A stretch of 64,000 nucleotides of DNA from assembly GCA_964564915.1 (NCBI GenBank), contig CAZMCU010000003.1, positions 2,676-66,675 of the forward strand, written 5' to 3'. This DNA comes from an uncultured Demequinaceae bacterium (GTDB lineage: Bacteria > Actinomycetota > Actinomycetes > Actinomycetales > Demequinaceae). The position numbers were made by a program, and so were the translations under genes. Positions 20,496 to 29,776 of this stretch are shown piece by piece. Under the pieces are notes generated by a model. That model was given only the letters and a program-made list of their open reading frames with translations. It made no database searches and was not told the origin of the DNA. How positions within the stretch are numbered: the stretch's first letter is position 1; every line of letters starts with the position of its first letter.

Positions 20496-22676
20496 ATGGG
20501 CCGCATGCCCACGGCAGATTCCGTCACCCCTAACCCAACGCCGCATCGACTCGGATTCCACCTCGTACGCGGCGGCGCGGCGATGTCGGTGTGGGCTCCC
20601 CACGCGACCGGGATCGACCTCTGCCTCGTCGACGCCGCGGGGGGGGAAAAGCGCTTCGCGCTCGTTGGACCCGAGGCTGGACTGTGGCACGGCATGGTCG
20701 AGGGCGTCAAGGCGGGTCAGCGGTACGGCCTTCGCGCCTACGGACCATGGGATCCGGCGCAGGGGCACGTCTTCAATCCCGCCAAGTTGCTCCTCGATCC
20801 CTACGCCCGGGGAATTGACGGGCACCTCGTCGACATCTCCCACGAGAGTTTCGAAGCAACCCTGTCGAACAAGGACCCCGAGGATTCCGCCCCGTTCGTA
20901 CCCAAGGGAGTGCTCCTCGACCCGCGCATCGGTCCCGCCGTAACTCGAGCGGTAACGCGGTCGCTCGCACCCCCGCCCCGCGTCCCGTGGCGAGATACCG
21001 TCATCTACGAGGCTCACGTCAAAGGCCTCACGTGGCACCTTCCCGGTGTTCCCGCACGCATCCGCGGCACCTACGCGGCGCTGGGCCACGATGCGCTCAT
21101 TGGGTACCTCACCGAGTTGGGAGTGACGACCCTTGAGCTTCTTCCCATCCACGCTTTCGCAAGCGAGCGCCACCTCGAGCGCGAGGGCCTCGTCAACTAT
21201 TGGGGGTACAACACCCTCGCCTTCTTCGCCCCCCACCCCGACTACGCGACGGCAACCGCGAGGCGCGCGGGACCGGCGGCGATCCTCCGCGAATTCAGGG
21301 GAGCGGTCGACCGCCTCCACCGCGCGGGAATCGAGGTCATCCTCGACGTGGTCTACAACCACACCTGCGAGGGCGGCAAGACGGGACGCCAGATCTCCTG
21401 GCGGGGATTGGCGAATCGCGCGTACTACCGGCACCGTGACGCCGAACCGGGCGTGCTCGAGGACACGACGGGAACGGGCAACACCCTCGACTTCGGAGAA
21501 CCGGCCAACGTCAGGATGGCCCTCGATTCCTTGCGGTATTGGGTGACGACCACCGGGATCGATGGATTCCGCTTCGATCTTGCCGCGACCCTCGGCCGTG
21601 GAGGAAATGGCTTCGATCCCCGTCACCCGTTCCCCGTTGGCCTCATCACCGATCCCATCATCGGCGGCACCAAACTCATCGCCGAACCGTGGGACATTGG
21701 ATCGGGAGGATGGCAAACGGGAGCATTCCCCGCGCCCATAGTGGAATGGAACGACCGGTTCCGCGACTCGGTTCGCACGTTCTGGCTGACCGACGCGGAC
21801 CGAACGCTCCGCAAGAAGACCACCCACGGCGTCCGCGACCTCGCCACCCGTCTCGCCGGTTCCTCCGATCTTTTTGGCCAAGGCGACCCTCCCCTCGCAC
21901 GTGGACCCCACGCCTCCATCAATTTCGTCACAGCACACGACGGCTTCACGCTGCACGACCTCACGGCGTACTCCCGCAAACACAACGTTGCCAACGGCGA
22001 GGGCGGCAGGGACGGGGCGAGCCATAACCTCTCGTGGAACCACGGCGTCGAGGGGCCGACAAGAAAGCCCGCCATCCTCGACGCGCGGCGACGGTCGGCC
22101 CGCAACCTCCTCGGGACCCTCATCCTCGCCGCGGGCACCCCCATGCTCCTCGCTGGCGACGAGATCGGCCGAACGCAGAAGGGCAACAACAACGCCTACT
22201 CCCAGGACAACGACACGTCCTGGCTCGATTGGGCATCGGCCCCCAGCCACGAGGATCTTCGCGCAACGGTCGCGTACCTCCTCCGACTCCGGAAGACCAA
22301 CCCCGTCCTTCGCCCCAGGACGTTCTACGAGGGTCGCGACAAGGACGTCACTCGCCGCGACGATCTCGCGTGGTTCTCCCAGGAGGGGCACCCGGAATCC
22401 GAGGCATGGTGGCACGACTCCTCCGTTCGAGCGCTTCAAATGATGCGGTCGCTCTCCGTGGGCGCCGATGCCCTGATGATCATCAACGGGTACGCGTCGG
22501 ATGTGCCGGTGACCATTCCGGCGGACGACGGCCATCCCTGGCGCCTCGCATGGGATAGCGCGTGGGAGTCGCCGACATCCCCCGACGCGCTCGCGGCGCG
22601 TGACGGGGAACCCGTCGCCCCGGGCGACACCATCGCACTACCGTCGCTCTCGATGCGGCTGTACCTCAGCGCGTAG
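20496..22676 (+). CDS. glgX: glycogen debranching enzyme
   Basis: GQRYGLRAYGPWDPAQGHVFNPAKLLLDPYAR; GH13 motifs DVVYNHT, GFRFDLA, AEPWD, NFVTAHDGFTL. An alternative leaderless ATG lies at 20505. Confidence 0.92.
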   Translation: MGRMPTADSVTPNPTPHRLGFHLVRGGAAMSVWAPHATGIDLCLVDAAGGEKRFALVGPEAGLWHGMVEGVKAGQRYGLRAYGPWDPAQGHVFNPAKLLLDPYARGIDGHLVDISHESFEATLSNKDPEDSAPFVPKGVLLDPRIGPAVTRAVTRSLAPPPRVPWRDTVIYEAHVKGLTWHLPGVPARIRGTYAALGHDALIGYLTELGVTTLELLPIHAFASERHLEREGLVNYWGYNTLAFFAPHPDYATATARRAGPAAILREFRGAVDRLHRAGIEVILDVVYNHTCEGGKTGRQISWRGLANRAYYRHRDAEPGVLEDTTGTGNTLDFGEPANVRMALDSLRYWVTTTGIDGFRFDLAATLGRGGNGFDPRHPFPVGLITDPIIGGTKLIAEPWDIGSGGWQTGAFPAPIVEWNDRFRDSVRTFWLTDADRTLRKKTTHGVRDLATRLAGSSDLFGQGDPPLARGPHASINFVTAHDGFTLHDLTAYSRKHNVANGEGGRDGASHNLSWNHGVEGPTRKPAILDARRRSARNLLGTLILAAGTPMLLAGDEIGRTQKGNNNAYSQDNDTSWLDWASAPSHEDLRATVAYLLRLRKTNPVLRPRTFYEGRDKDVTRRDDLAWFSQEGHPESEAWWHDSSVRALQMMRSLSVGADALMIINGYASDVPVTIPADDGHPWRLAWDSAWESPTSPDALAARDGEPVAPGDTIALPSLSMRLYLSA

Positions 22677-22700
22677 CGGGCGAGCCGAAGCAATCGCCTT

Positions 22701-23405
22701 CTAATTCCCGAGGTCGTTCGCCTGATCGATCAGGTCATTCTGGGTTCCCGTCATCCCGTCGTTGCCAAGGTTGTCGAGGGTGCCGTTGAGCGAACCGTTG
22801 GGGTCGAGGTTCCCCGCGATGACCATGCCCTCGATGTCTCCCACGTCAACAACGCCCGCGGTGTAAGCCGACTCCTGACCCACCGGGATGAACGGCATCG
22901 AGATGTTGCCGTTCCTGTCGGACTGGGCCACTGCCCACCCGCCATCGACGAGGACCCACTGGCCGGATGCGGGATCCCGCTTGAGGAAGAGCACAAGGTT
23001 GTCCGCACCGCGAAGCGCGTCGGCGGCGAGGAACGCGCCGTGAACGGAACCGAGGTTCACCTCGAACGACGTGCCGGCGTTTCCCCGGATGTACTTGTGG
23101 ACCTGGAAGGTCCCGATGAGGGTGGAGGCGGTCATGTCCAGCGCGCCCGCTTGCGGCAGGAGTTTCTGCCCATCGGTGAAACTACCCGTCACGATCACCT
23201 CGGCTGGTGTGACTCCCACTCCCCCGAGCACGTACTCGCGGATGCTCGTCGGAACCGACACGGGAAAAGCCGCGGGGAAGTCGGACTGCCGCTCCGCCGC
23301 AAGCCGGTTGAACTGCTCAATCTCTTCGCCACTCGGGCCGGTCGAGCACCCGCTGAACAACCACGCGGACACCACCACCAGCAGGCCTGTCGCCACTCGC
23401 TTCAT
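22701..23405 (-). CDS. lipoprotein of unknown function
   Basis: Signal peptide plus lipobox (VVVSAWLFSGC). GAGGGAGG SD. Asn/Gly/Asp-rich C-terminus. I recognise no family. Confidence 0.6.
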   Translation of the reverse strand: MKRVATGLLVVVSAWLFSGCSTGPSGEEIEQFNRLAAERQSDFPAAFPVSVPTSIREYVLGGVGVTPAEVIVTGSFTDGQKLLPQAGALDMTASTLIGTFQVHKYIRGNAGTSFEVNLGSVHGAFLAADALRGADNLVLFLKRDPASGQWVLVDGGWAVAQSDRNGNISMPFIPVGQESAYTAGVVDVGDIEGMVIAGNLDPNGSLNGTLDNLGNDGMTGTQNDLIDQANDLGN

Positions 23406-23461
23406 CGTCGCCTCCCTCGGACCTCCACGAGGTCCTCCGCGGTCCTACAAGAACCAGGCTA

Positions 23462-23488
23462 GTCCCGGCTCGCCGTTGGAGCCAGGAC
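23462..23488 (-). terminator. terminator-like hairpin after glgP
   Basis: 10-bp stem GTCCTGGCTC / GAGCCGGGAC (one G-U pair), 7-nt loop, followed by a TAGCCTGGTTCTTGT tail. Confidence 0.45.
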
Positions 23489-23499
23489 GACGCGTCTCC

Positions 23500-25467
23500 C
23501 TAGTTCTTCGCGGCATCCCGCGCCGCTGGTACGTAGTAGTCGTTCGTGTAGTCCCGAACCATCCTCGTGGCTTGGACCTTGGGGCCGAGGGTCTCAAGGG
23601 TGTGGCGCACGCGGGCCAGCCACCTCAACGGAAGACCAGAATCGGGATCGCGATCGTAGAAGAGCGGCACGACCTGCTTCTCGAGAATGTCGTAGAGGCT
23701 CGCCGCCTCGGCGTCGTCGCGCGCCTCCCCTTCCCCGACCCCATTCGCCGAGGGGATGTCCCAACCGTTCTCCCCGTCCGACCACTCGTCCCACCATCCG
23801 TCGCGAATGGACAGGTTGAGGGCACCATTGAGAGCGGCCTTCATGCCGGACGTGCCACATGCCTCGTAGGGCCGTAAGGGGTTGTTGAGCCAGACATCGC
23901 AGCCGGGGAAGATCGTCGCCGCCATGGCCATGTCGTAGTTGGGCAGGAACGCGACGCTCCCCCGAATCTCGGGATCGTCCGCAAAGGCGACGAACTCGCT
24001 GAGAAGCGCCTTCCCCCCCTTGTCGGCTGGATGAGCCTTGCCCGCCACGATGATCTGCACGCGACCCGCCGGGTGGTTAAGGAGGATGTCGCGCAAACGA
24101 TCGGGTTCGCGAAGCATGAGGGTTAAGCGCTTGTACGTGGGCACCCGACGCGCGAAACCAATCGTGAGGACATCGGGATCCAGGGCCGTTTTCACCCACT
24201 CGAGGTCCTCGGTCGTGTGACCACGCTCCACGCCGGAAGCGACAAGCCTCGCGCGCGCGTCGTCGACCAGGGCCGCGCGCATCTCGCGCTTGGTCGCGTG
24301 AAGGTCCGCGGAGGACACCGCCTCACCGAGCCACCCCTCGGGGGAGGTCGACGCTTGCGCGCCGAGCGAGACCATGCGCGGGTGAACCCACGTGGGTGAG
24401 TGGACGCCGTTGGTAATGGAGCCGATCGGCACGTCCTTCGGCGCCACTCCCGGCCAGAGGGGTGCGAACATCTCGCGGGACACCACCCCGTGCAGTTTCG
24501 ATACGGCGTTCGCTCGCGCCGCGAGCCGGAGTCCCATGTGCGCCATGTTGAACATCGCGGGGTCGCCGTCCTCCGCTTCCTCCTCCCCAAACGCCACGAC
24601 CCGGTCCGCCCCGACGGCCTTCCACGTCGCGGTCCCGAAATACTCCCGGATCGTTGTCGTCGCGAACCGATCGATCCCGGCGGGGACCGGCGTGTGGGTG
24701 GTGAAAACCGTTCCACAGCGGACGACCATCAAGGCCGCGTCGATATCCACCCCAGCCTCCAATTGCTCGCGGAGACGTTCGACCCCCAGGAACCCCGCGT
24801 GGCCCTCGTTCATGTGGTACACGGAGGGCTCCTGTGCTCCGGTCAAGCGCGAGAACGCCCGGAGTGCGCGAATCCCGCCAACGCCCAAGAGGAGTTCCTG
24901 GCGGAGCCGTTCCTCGCCACGTCCGCCGTAGAGGCGCCCGGTCAGGGACCGCATCTCGGGTTCGTTGACCGGCACGTTCGAGTCAAGGAGGAGCAAGGGG
25001 ATACGGCCGACCGCGGCGCGCCACACCTGGGCGTGGAGCACGATGTCGTCGGGAAAATCGAGGACGATGTCCACGGGCGATCCGTCCGCTTCCCTCAACA
25101 GCTGAAGGGGGACGGTCGCGGGATCGAGGATGGGGTACGACTCCGTCTGATCTCCTGCGGCGTCGAGGCCCTGGCGGAAGTACCCCGCCCCATACAGGAG
25201 GCCGACACCGATGATCGGAACCCCGAGGTCGGAGGCGCTCTTGAGGTGATCCCCGGCTAGGATTCCCAGTCCGCCGGAGTACTGGGGCATCTCGGCGGTG
25301 ATCCCGAACTCGGGGGAGAAGTAGGCGATCGCTCGGGGGCGGGTATCGCCCGGTCCGTCGGGGCCGTCGTACCACGTCGGGGACTCGGACGCCCATGCGG
25401 GGGCTTTCGTGGCGGGGTAAAGGGAGGCGAGGGGAGTCGCGGCGGCGGCTCGGCTGTTGGCGTTCAC
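23500..25467 (-). CDS. glgP: alpha-glucan phosphorylase (GT35, alpha-glucan family phosphorylase type)
   Basis: AYFSPEFGITAEMPQYSGGLGILAGDHLKSASDLGVP, and the PLP-lysine region EACGTSGMKAALNGALN. I chose the GTG at 25467 (TAGCCT box 7 nt upstream). The ATG at 25563 would overlap the glgE promoter. Confidence 0.85.
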   Translation of the reverse strand: MNANSRAAAATPLASLYPATKAPAWASESPTWYDGPDGPGDTRPRAIAYFSPEFGITAEMPQYSGGLGILAGDHLKSASDLGVPIIGVGLLYGAGYFRQGLDAAGDQTESYPILDPATVPLQLLREADGSPVDIVLDFPDDIVLHAQVWRAAVGRIPLLLLDSNVPVNEPEMRSLTGRLYGGRGEERLRQELLLGVGGIRALRAFSRLTGAQEPSVYHMNEGHAGFLGVERLREQLEAGVDIDAALMVVRCGTVFTTHTPVPAGIDRFATTTIREYFGTATWKAVGADRVVAFGEEEAEDGDPAMFNMAHMGLRLAARANAVSKLHGVVSREMFAPLWPGVAPKDVPIGSITNGVHSPTWVHPRMVSLGAQASTSPEGWLGEAVSSADLHATKREMRAALVDDARARLVASGVERGHTTEDLEWVKTALDPDVLTIGFARRVPTYKRLTLMLREPDRLRDILLNHPAGRVQIIVAGKAHPADKGGKALLSEFVAFADDPEIRGSVAFLPNYDMAMAATIFPGCDVWLNNPLRPYEACGTSGMKAALNGALNLSIRDGWWDEWSDGENGWDIPSANGVGEGEARDDAEAASLYDILEKQVVPLFYDRDPDSGLPLRWLARVRHTLETLGPKVQATRMVRDYTNDYYVPAARDAAKN

Positions 25468-25480
25468 GTGTTCGAGGCTA
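25465..25480 (-). promoter_or_regulatory. putative -10 (TAGCCT) 7 nt before the GTG of glgP
   Basis: Read on the minus strand as TAGCCT cgaacac GTG. Confidence 0.35.
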
Positions 25481-25554
25481 CCCGCGTCGCGCCGGGGTTC
25501 GTGACGTTCGTCGCACCACCGCCCTCCCGCTACCGGTCGTGGCTCCGGGCCGGG

Positions 25555-25569
25555 TAGGTTCATGACATG
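25555..25569 (+). promoter_or_regulatory. putative -10 (TAGGTT) 6 nt before the ATG of glgE
   Basis: TAGGTT catgac ATG, with no SD. Confidence 0.4.
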
Positions 25570-27591
25570 GCATCCGCCCCTGGGCCGTCCGTCGGCCGTA
25601 TCCCCGTCGTCGCGGTCATGCCATCTCTTGAGGAGGGACGCTGGCCGGCGAAGGCGGTGGTCGGGGAGGCCATGCCCATCGTCGCCACGGTCTTCCGGGA
25701 GGGGCACGACGCCGTTGGCGCGACGGCCGTCGTCACCGGCCCGAAGGGGTCGCCGATCGTGCTCCCCATGACGTGCGTCAACAAGGGTTTGCGTGAGTAC
25801 CGCGCGCTCGTCACCCCGCGCATGGAGGGCGACTACACCTTCCGGGTCGAGGGTTGGTCCGACCCGGTGACGACGTGGGAACACGTCGCCGCCACCAAAC
25901 TGCACGCGGGGCAGGACGTCGCACTGGTCCTCGCGGACGGGATCGCGGTTCTCGAGCGAGCCCTGACGGAGGTCAAGCGAAGCGCCTCGAAGCGTCGCAC
26001 CCTTACGGGGGCCCTCGACGCCCTTCGAGCCGAGACCGACGATCCCGAAACGCGGTTCGCCCGTGCGATGTCGAAGGAGGTTCGAGCGGTCCTCGCGGAG
26101 ACCCCGCTGCGCGACTGGGTGACGGCTTCGCGGGAATACCCGCTACGCGTGGATCGCGAACGCGCGCTCGTCAGCGCGTGGTACGAGATGTTCCCGCGAT
26201 CGGAAGGGGCGAAGTACAGCGCCGTCAAGAAGCGATGGAAATCGGGGACGTTCGCAACGGCCTCGAAGCGTCTCCCCGCGATCGCGAAGATGGGGTTCGA
26301 CATCGTGTACCTCACGCCGATCCATCCCATCGGCACCTCGTTCCGCAAGGGACGCAACAACGCGCTCGAGTCGAACCCGACCGACCCCGGAAGCCCCTAC
26401 GCGATCGGCTCGCCCGAGGGAGGTCATGATGCCATTCACCCCGACCTGGGGACGATGGAGGATTTCCGCGCGTTTGTCGCTTCGGCACGGAGGCTCGGCC
26501 TTGAGGTTGCCCTTGACCTTGCCCTCCAATGCTCTCCCGATCACCCGTGGGTCACGGAACACCCGGAGTGGTTCACCACAAAGCTCGATGGGAGCATCGC
26601 GTACGCGGAGAACCCCCCCAAGAAGTACCACGACATCTACCCTCTCAACTTCGACAACGACCCGGAGGGTATCTACCGGGAAATCCGGCGTGTGCTCGAC
26701 GTCTGGATGGGAGCCGGGGTCACGGCCTTCCGGGTGGACAACCCTCACACCAAGCCCCTGACGTTCTGGGAACGTCTGCTCGCCGACGTGCGTCGTGACC
26801 ACCCCGACGTCATCTTCTTGAGCGAGGCGTTTACGAACCCGCCCATGATGCACACGCTGGCGAAGATCGGCTTCCACCAGTCGTACACGTACTTCACGTG
26901 GCGCCAGACAGCCGAGGAGCTAGGCGCGTACCTCGTCGAACTTTCCGACGAGTCCTCCTCCTTCATGCGTCCCAACTTCTGGCCGACCACCCATGACATC
27001 CTCACCCCCGACATGCAAGACGGCGGCGCCCCCCTGTTCCAGGCGCGAGCGGTCGTCGCGGCGACGGGCTCCCCGTCGTGGGGGATTTACTCCGGGTACG
27101 AGTTCGCGGAATGCGTCGCGCGGCCCGGGGCCGAGGAGCAGATCGACAACGAGAAGTACGAGTTCCGCCCCCGTCCATGGGCCAAGGCCAACAAACGGGG
27201 AATCGCGCCCCTTCTGGCGCAGTTGAACGCGATCCGACGCGACCACCCCGCCCTCCAGCGACTGCGCGGTCTCGCGATTCACCGTGCGGACAACCCCGCG
27301 ATTCTGTGCTTCTCACGTCACCTCGACGCGGACGAGTCCCCCACCGGCCTCGAGGACACGATCATCGTCGTCGCGAGCCTCGACCCGTCGGCGACGCAAG
27401 AATCGATCATCCACCTCAACCCGCTCGTCCTCGGGCTTCCGGACGTCAAGCGCGTCCCCGTCGTCGACCTGCTGACGGGGACGGAACTCCAGTGGGGCCC
27501 GACCTGCCGCGTGACCCTCGGACCCAAGACGGGCATGGCTTACGTCGCCGCACTCCAGCGCAACGTGACCGCCGGAGGTGCCCGTGGCTAA
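25567..27591 (+). CDS. glgE: alpha-1,4-glucan:maltose-1-phosphate maltosyltransferase
   Basis: GRIPV...PAKAVVGE...WYEMFPRS...GFDIVYLTPIHPIG...RKGRNN...GSPYAIGS, AYAENPPKKYHDIYPLNFDNDPEG and FRVDNPHTKP are near-identical in pattern to mycobacterial GlgE as I recall it. Confidence 0.95.
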   Translation: MASAPGPSVGRIPVVAVMPSLEEGRWPAKAVVGEAMPIVATVFREGHDAVGATAVVTGPKGSPIVLPMTCVNKGLREYRALVTPRMEGDYTFRVEGWSDPVTTWEHVAATKLHAGQDVALVLADGIAVLERALTEVKRSASKRRTLTGALDALRAETDDPETRFARAMSKEVRAVLAETPLRDWVTASREYPLRVDRERALVSAWYEMFPRSEGAKYSAVKKRWKSGTFATASKRLPAIAKMGFDIVYLTPIHPIGTSFRKGRNNALESNPTDPGSPYAIGSPEGGHDAIHPDLGTMEDFRAFVASARRLGLEVALDLALQCSPDHPWVTEHPEWFTTKLDGSIAYAENPPKKYHDIYPLNFDNDPEGIYREIRRVLDVWMGAGVTAFRVDNPHTKPLTFWERLLADVRRDHPDVIFLSEAFTNPPMMHTLAKIGFHQSYTYFTWRQTAEELGAYLVELSDESSSFMRPNFWPTTHDILTPDMQDGGAPLFQARAVVAATGSPSWGIYSGYEFAECVARPGAEEQIDNEKYEFRPRPWAKANKRGIAPLLAQLNAIRRDHPALQRLRGLAIHRADNPAILCFSRHLDADESPTGLEDTIIVVASLDPSATQESIIHLNPLVLGLPDVKRVPVVDLLTGTELQWGPTCRVTLGPKTGMAYVAALQRNVTAGGARG

Positions 27592-29776
27592 CAGCATCGA
27601 TCCGGGCCTCCTCTCCGAGGTTGCCTCCGGGCTTCACGACCAACCCCATGACATCCTCGGCGCCCACGTGGAAGCGGATGGAGTCGTGGTGCGGGTCCTC
27701 CGTCCCCACGCGTCCTCCGTTTCCATCATGACCCTCGACGGCACCTTCCCGGCGAAGCGCGATGCGAGCGGAATCTGGATGGCGTGCGTCCCCGGCGACG
27801 ACGCACCCGATTACCGTGTCGTCGTCACGTATCCGTCGGAGGGCGATGATTCCACCCCCGTCACGGAGGATGACCCCTATCGCTTCCTTCCCAGCCTGGG
27901 GGACCTCGATCGCCACCTCATCATGGAGGGACGACACGAGAGGCTCTGGGAGGTTCTCGGCGCGAACGTCAAGCACTACCCCTCGGTCTTGGGCGAGGTG
28001 GATGGCACCGCCTTCGCGGTGTGGGCACCCAACGCGCGCATCGTTCGTGTTGTCGGTGACTTCAACCACTGGCAAGGTGTCGGCCACACCATGCGTGCCC
28101 TCGGCTCCACGGGGTTGTGGGAACTCTTCATCCCCGGCGTCGTCGCGGGAGAGAGATACAAATTCGACGTCCTCGGTCGTGACGGGCACTGGCAATTGAA
28201 GGCCGATCCGATGGCGAAGGCCACGGAGGTGCCGTCACAGACGGCCTCCGTCGTCGCGGAGTCCACCCACACGTGGGAAGACGACGCGTGGATGGAAGCG
28301 CGCGAATCCCGGCACCCGGAGAGCGAAGCGATGAGCGTGTACGAGGTCCACCTCGGCTCGTGGAAACAGGGACTCTCCTATCGGGATCTCGCGGACGAAC
28401 TCATCCCCTACGTGGCGGAGACGGGATTCACCCACGTCGAGTTCATGCCCGTCACGGAGCACCCGTTCCCTCCCTCGTGGGGGTACCAGGTCACCTCCTA
28501 CTACGCCCCCACGGCCCGCTTCGGTGGACCCGACGATTTCCGCTACCTCGTCGATCGCCTGCACCAGGCGGGCATCGGCGTACTTCTCGACTGGGTCCCC
28601 GGGCACTTCCCCAAGGACGAGTGGGCGCTCGCTCGTTTCGATGGGACGCCCCTGTACGAGCATCCCGACCCGCTACGCGGCGAACAACCGGACTGGGGAA
28701 CCCTCGTGTTCGACTTCGCCCGCCCCGAGGTACGCAACTTCCTCGTCGCGAGCGCGGTCTTCTGGCTCAAGGAGTACCACGCGGACGGATTGCGCGTTGA
28801 CGCCGTCGCCTCGATGCTCTACCTCGACTACTCCCGCAAGGCGGGCCAGTGGCGCCCCAACATCCATGGAGGACGCGAGAACCTCGACGCGGTTGCCTTC
28901 CTCGAAGAAGCGACGTCCACAACCGCGCGGTTGTGCCCCGGCACGATCATGGTCGCGGAGGAATCTACGGCATGGCCGGGGGTGACGACTCCGAGGAGCG
29001 CGGGCGGACTCGGGTTCTCCTTCAAATGGAACATGGGGTGGATGAACGACACCCTGAAATACCTCGCGGAACAACCCGAACACCGTAGCCACCACCACGC
29101 GCTCGTGACGTTCTCCATGATGTACGCCTTCTCCGAACACTTCCTGTTGCCCTTGAGCCACGACGAGGTGGTCCACGGGAAGGGATCCCTGTGGACGAGG
29201 ATGCCGGGGGACGAGTGGCAGAAGGCCGCCGGCGTTCGGGCGCTTCTCACGTACCAATGGACGCACCCCGGAAAGAAGTTGCTCTTCATGGGCGGGGAGT
29301 TCGCCCAGATTCGCGAGTGGGCGGAGGACCGTTCCCTCGATTGGGACATTCTCGACAAGCCTTTCCACGGTGGCGTGCACCTCTTGGTCCGCGACCTCAA
29401 CGCGCTGTACCACTCCACCCCCGCGTTATGGGAACTCGATTCCGATCCCGCTGGCTTCGAGTGGATCGATTCGGAGGACGCGGCTCATTGCGTTCTCGCC
29501 TACCTGCGCAAGGACCGCGATGGGCACCCGCTCGCAGTCGCGTGCAACTTCTCGACCGATGCGCACGAGGACTACCGGTTGGGGTTTCCCTCCGCCGGGC
29601 CGTGGGACGAAATCCTCAACTCGGATTCGGAGTTCTACGGAGGATCGGGGGTGGGCAACCTCGGACGGGTGATCGCGGACGAGATACCCCAAGGACGGTG
29701 GGCGAACTCCGCCTCGGTCCGAGTCCCCCCACTCGGGGCCGTGATCTTCCGACCAGCCGACGAGGAGTCTCCTTAA
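27578..29776 (+). CDS. glgB: 1,4-alpha-glucan branching enzyme
   Basis: GRHERLWEVLGA...FAVWAPNA...WGYQVTSYYAPT.RFG.PDDFRYLVD.LHQAGIGV..DWVP.HFPKD, GLRVDAVASMLYLDY, PLSHDEVVHGKGS. The GTG start overlaps the glgE end; an alternative GTG lies at 27584. Confidence 0.95.
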   Translation: MPVANSIDPGLLSEVASGLHDQPHDILGAHVEADGVVVRVLRPHASSVSIMTLDGTFPAKRDASGIWMACVPGDDAPDYRVVVTYPSEGDDSTPVTEDDPYRFLPSLGDLDRHLIMEGRHERLWEVLGANVKHYPSVLGEVDGTAFAVWAPNARIVRVVGDFNHWQGVGHTMRALGSTGLWELFIPGVVAGERYKFDVLGRDGHWQLKADPMAKATEVPSQTASVVAESTHTWEDDAWMEARESRHPESEAMSVYEVHLGSWKQGLSYRDLADELIPYVAETGFTHVEFMPVTEHPFPPSWGYQVTSYYAPTARFGGPDDFRYLVDRLHQAGIGVLLDWVPGHFPKDEWALARFDGTPLYEHPDPLRGEQPDWGTLVFDFARPEVRNFLVASAVFWLKEYHADGLRVDAVASMLYLDYSRKAGQWRPNIHGGRENLDAVAFLEEATSTTARLCPGTIMVAEESTAWPGVTTPRSAGGLGFSFKWNMGWMNDTLKYLAEQPEHRSHHHALVTFSMMYAFSEHFLLPLSHDEVVHGKGSLWTRMPGDEWQKAAGVRALLTYQWTHPGKKLLFMGGEFAQIREWAEDRSLDWDILDKPFHGGVHLLVRDLNALYHSTPALWELDSDPAGFEWIDSEDAAHCVLAYLRKDRDGHPLAVACNFSTDAHEDYRLGFPSAGPWDEILNSDSEFYGGSGVGNLGRVIADEIPQGRWANSASVRVPPLGAVIFRPADEESP

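Noticed and set aside
19779-22535. 918-aa minus-strand ORF spanning almost all of glgX
   Set aside because: Only the last 215 codons (19779-20426, DHFR-like) look like a protein. The remainder is the Arg/Gly/Pro-rich mirror frame of glgX, a typical antisense ORF artefact of high-GC DNA. glgX carries clear GH13 motifs.
25468-25563. ATG 25563 as the glgP start
   Set aside because: It would leave 3 bp to the divergent glgE ATG and overlap its -10 box, and no SD or -10 box precedes it. GTG 25467 has a TAGCCT box at leaderless spacing. It remains possible.
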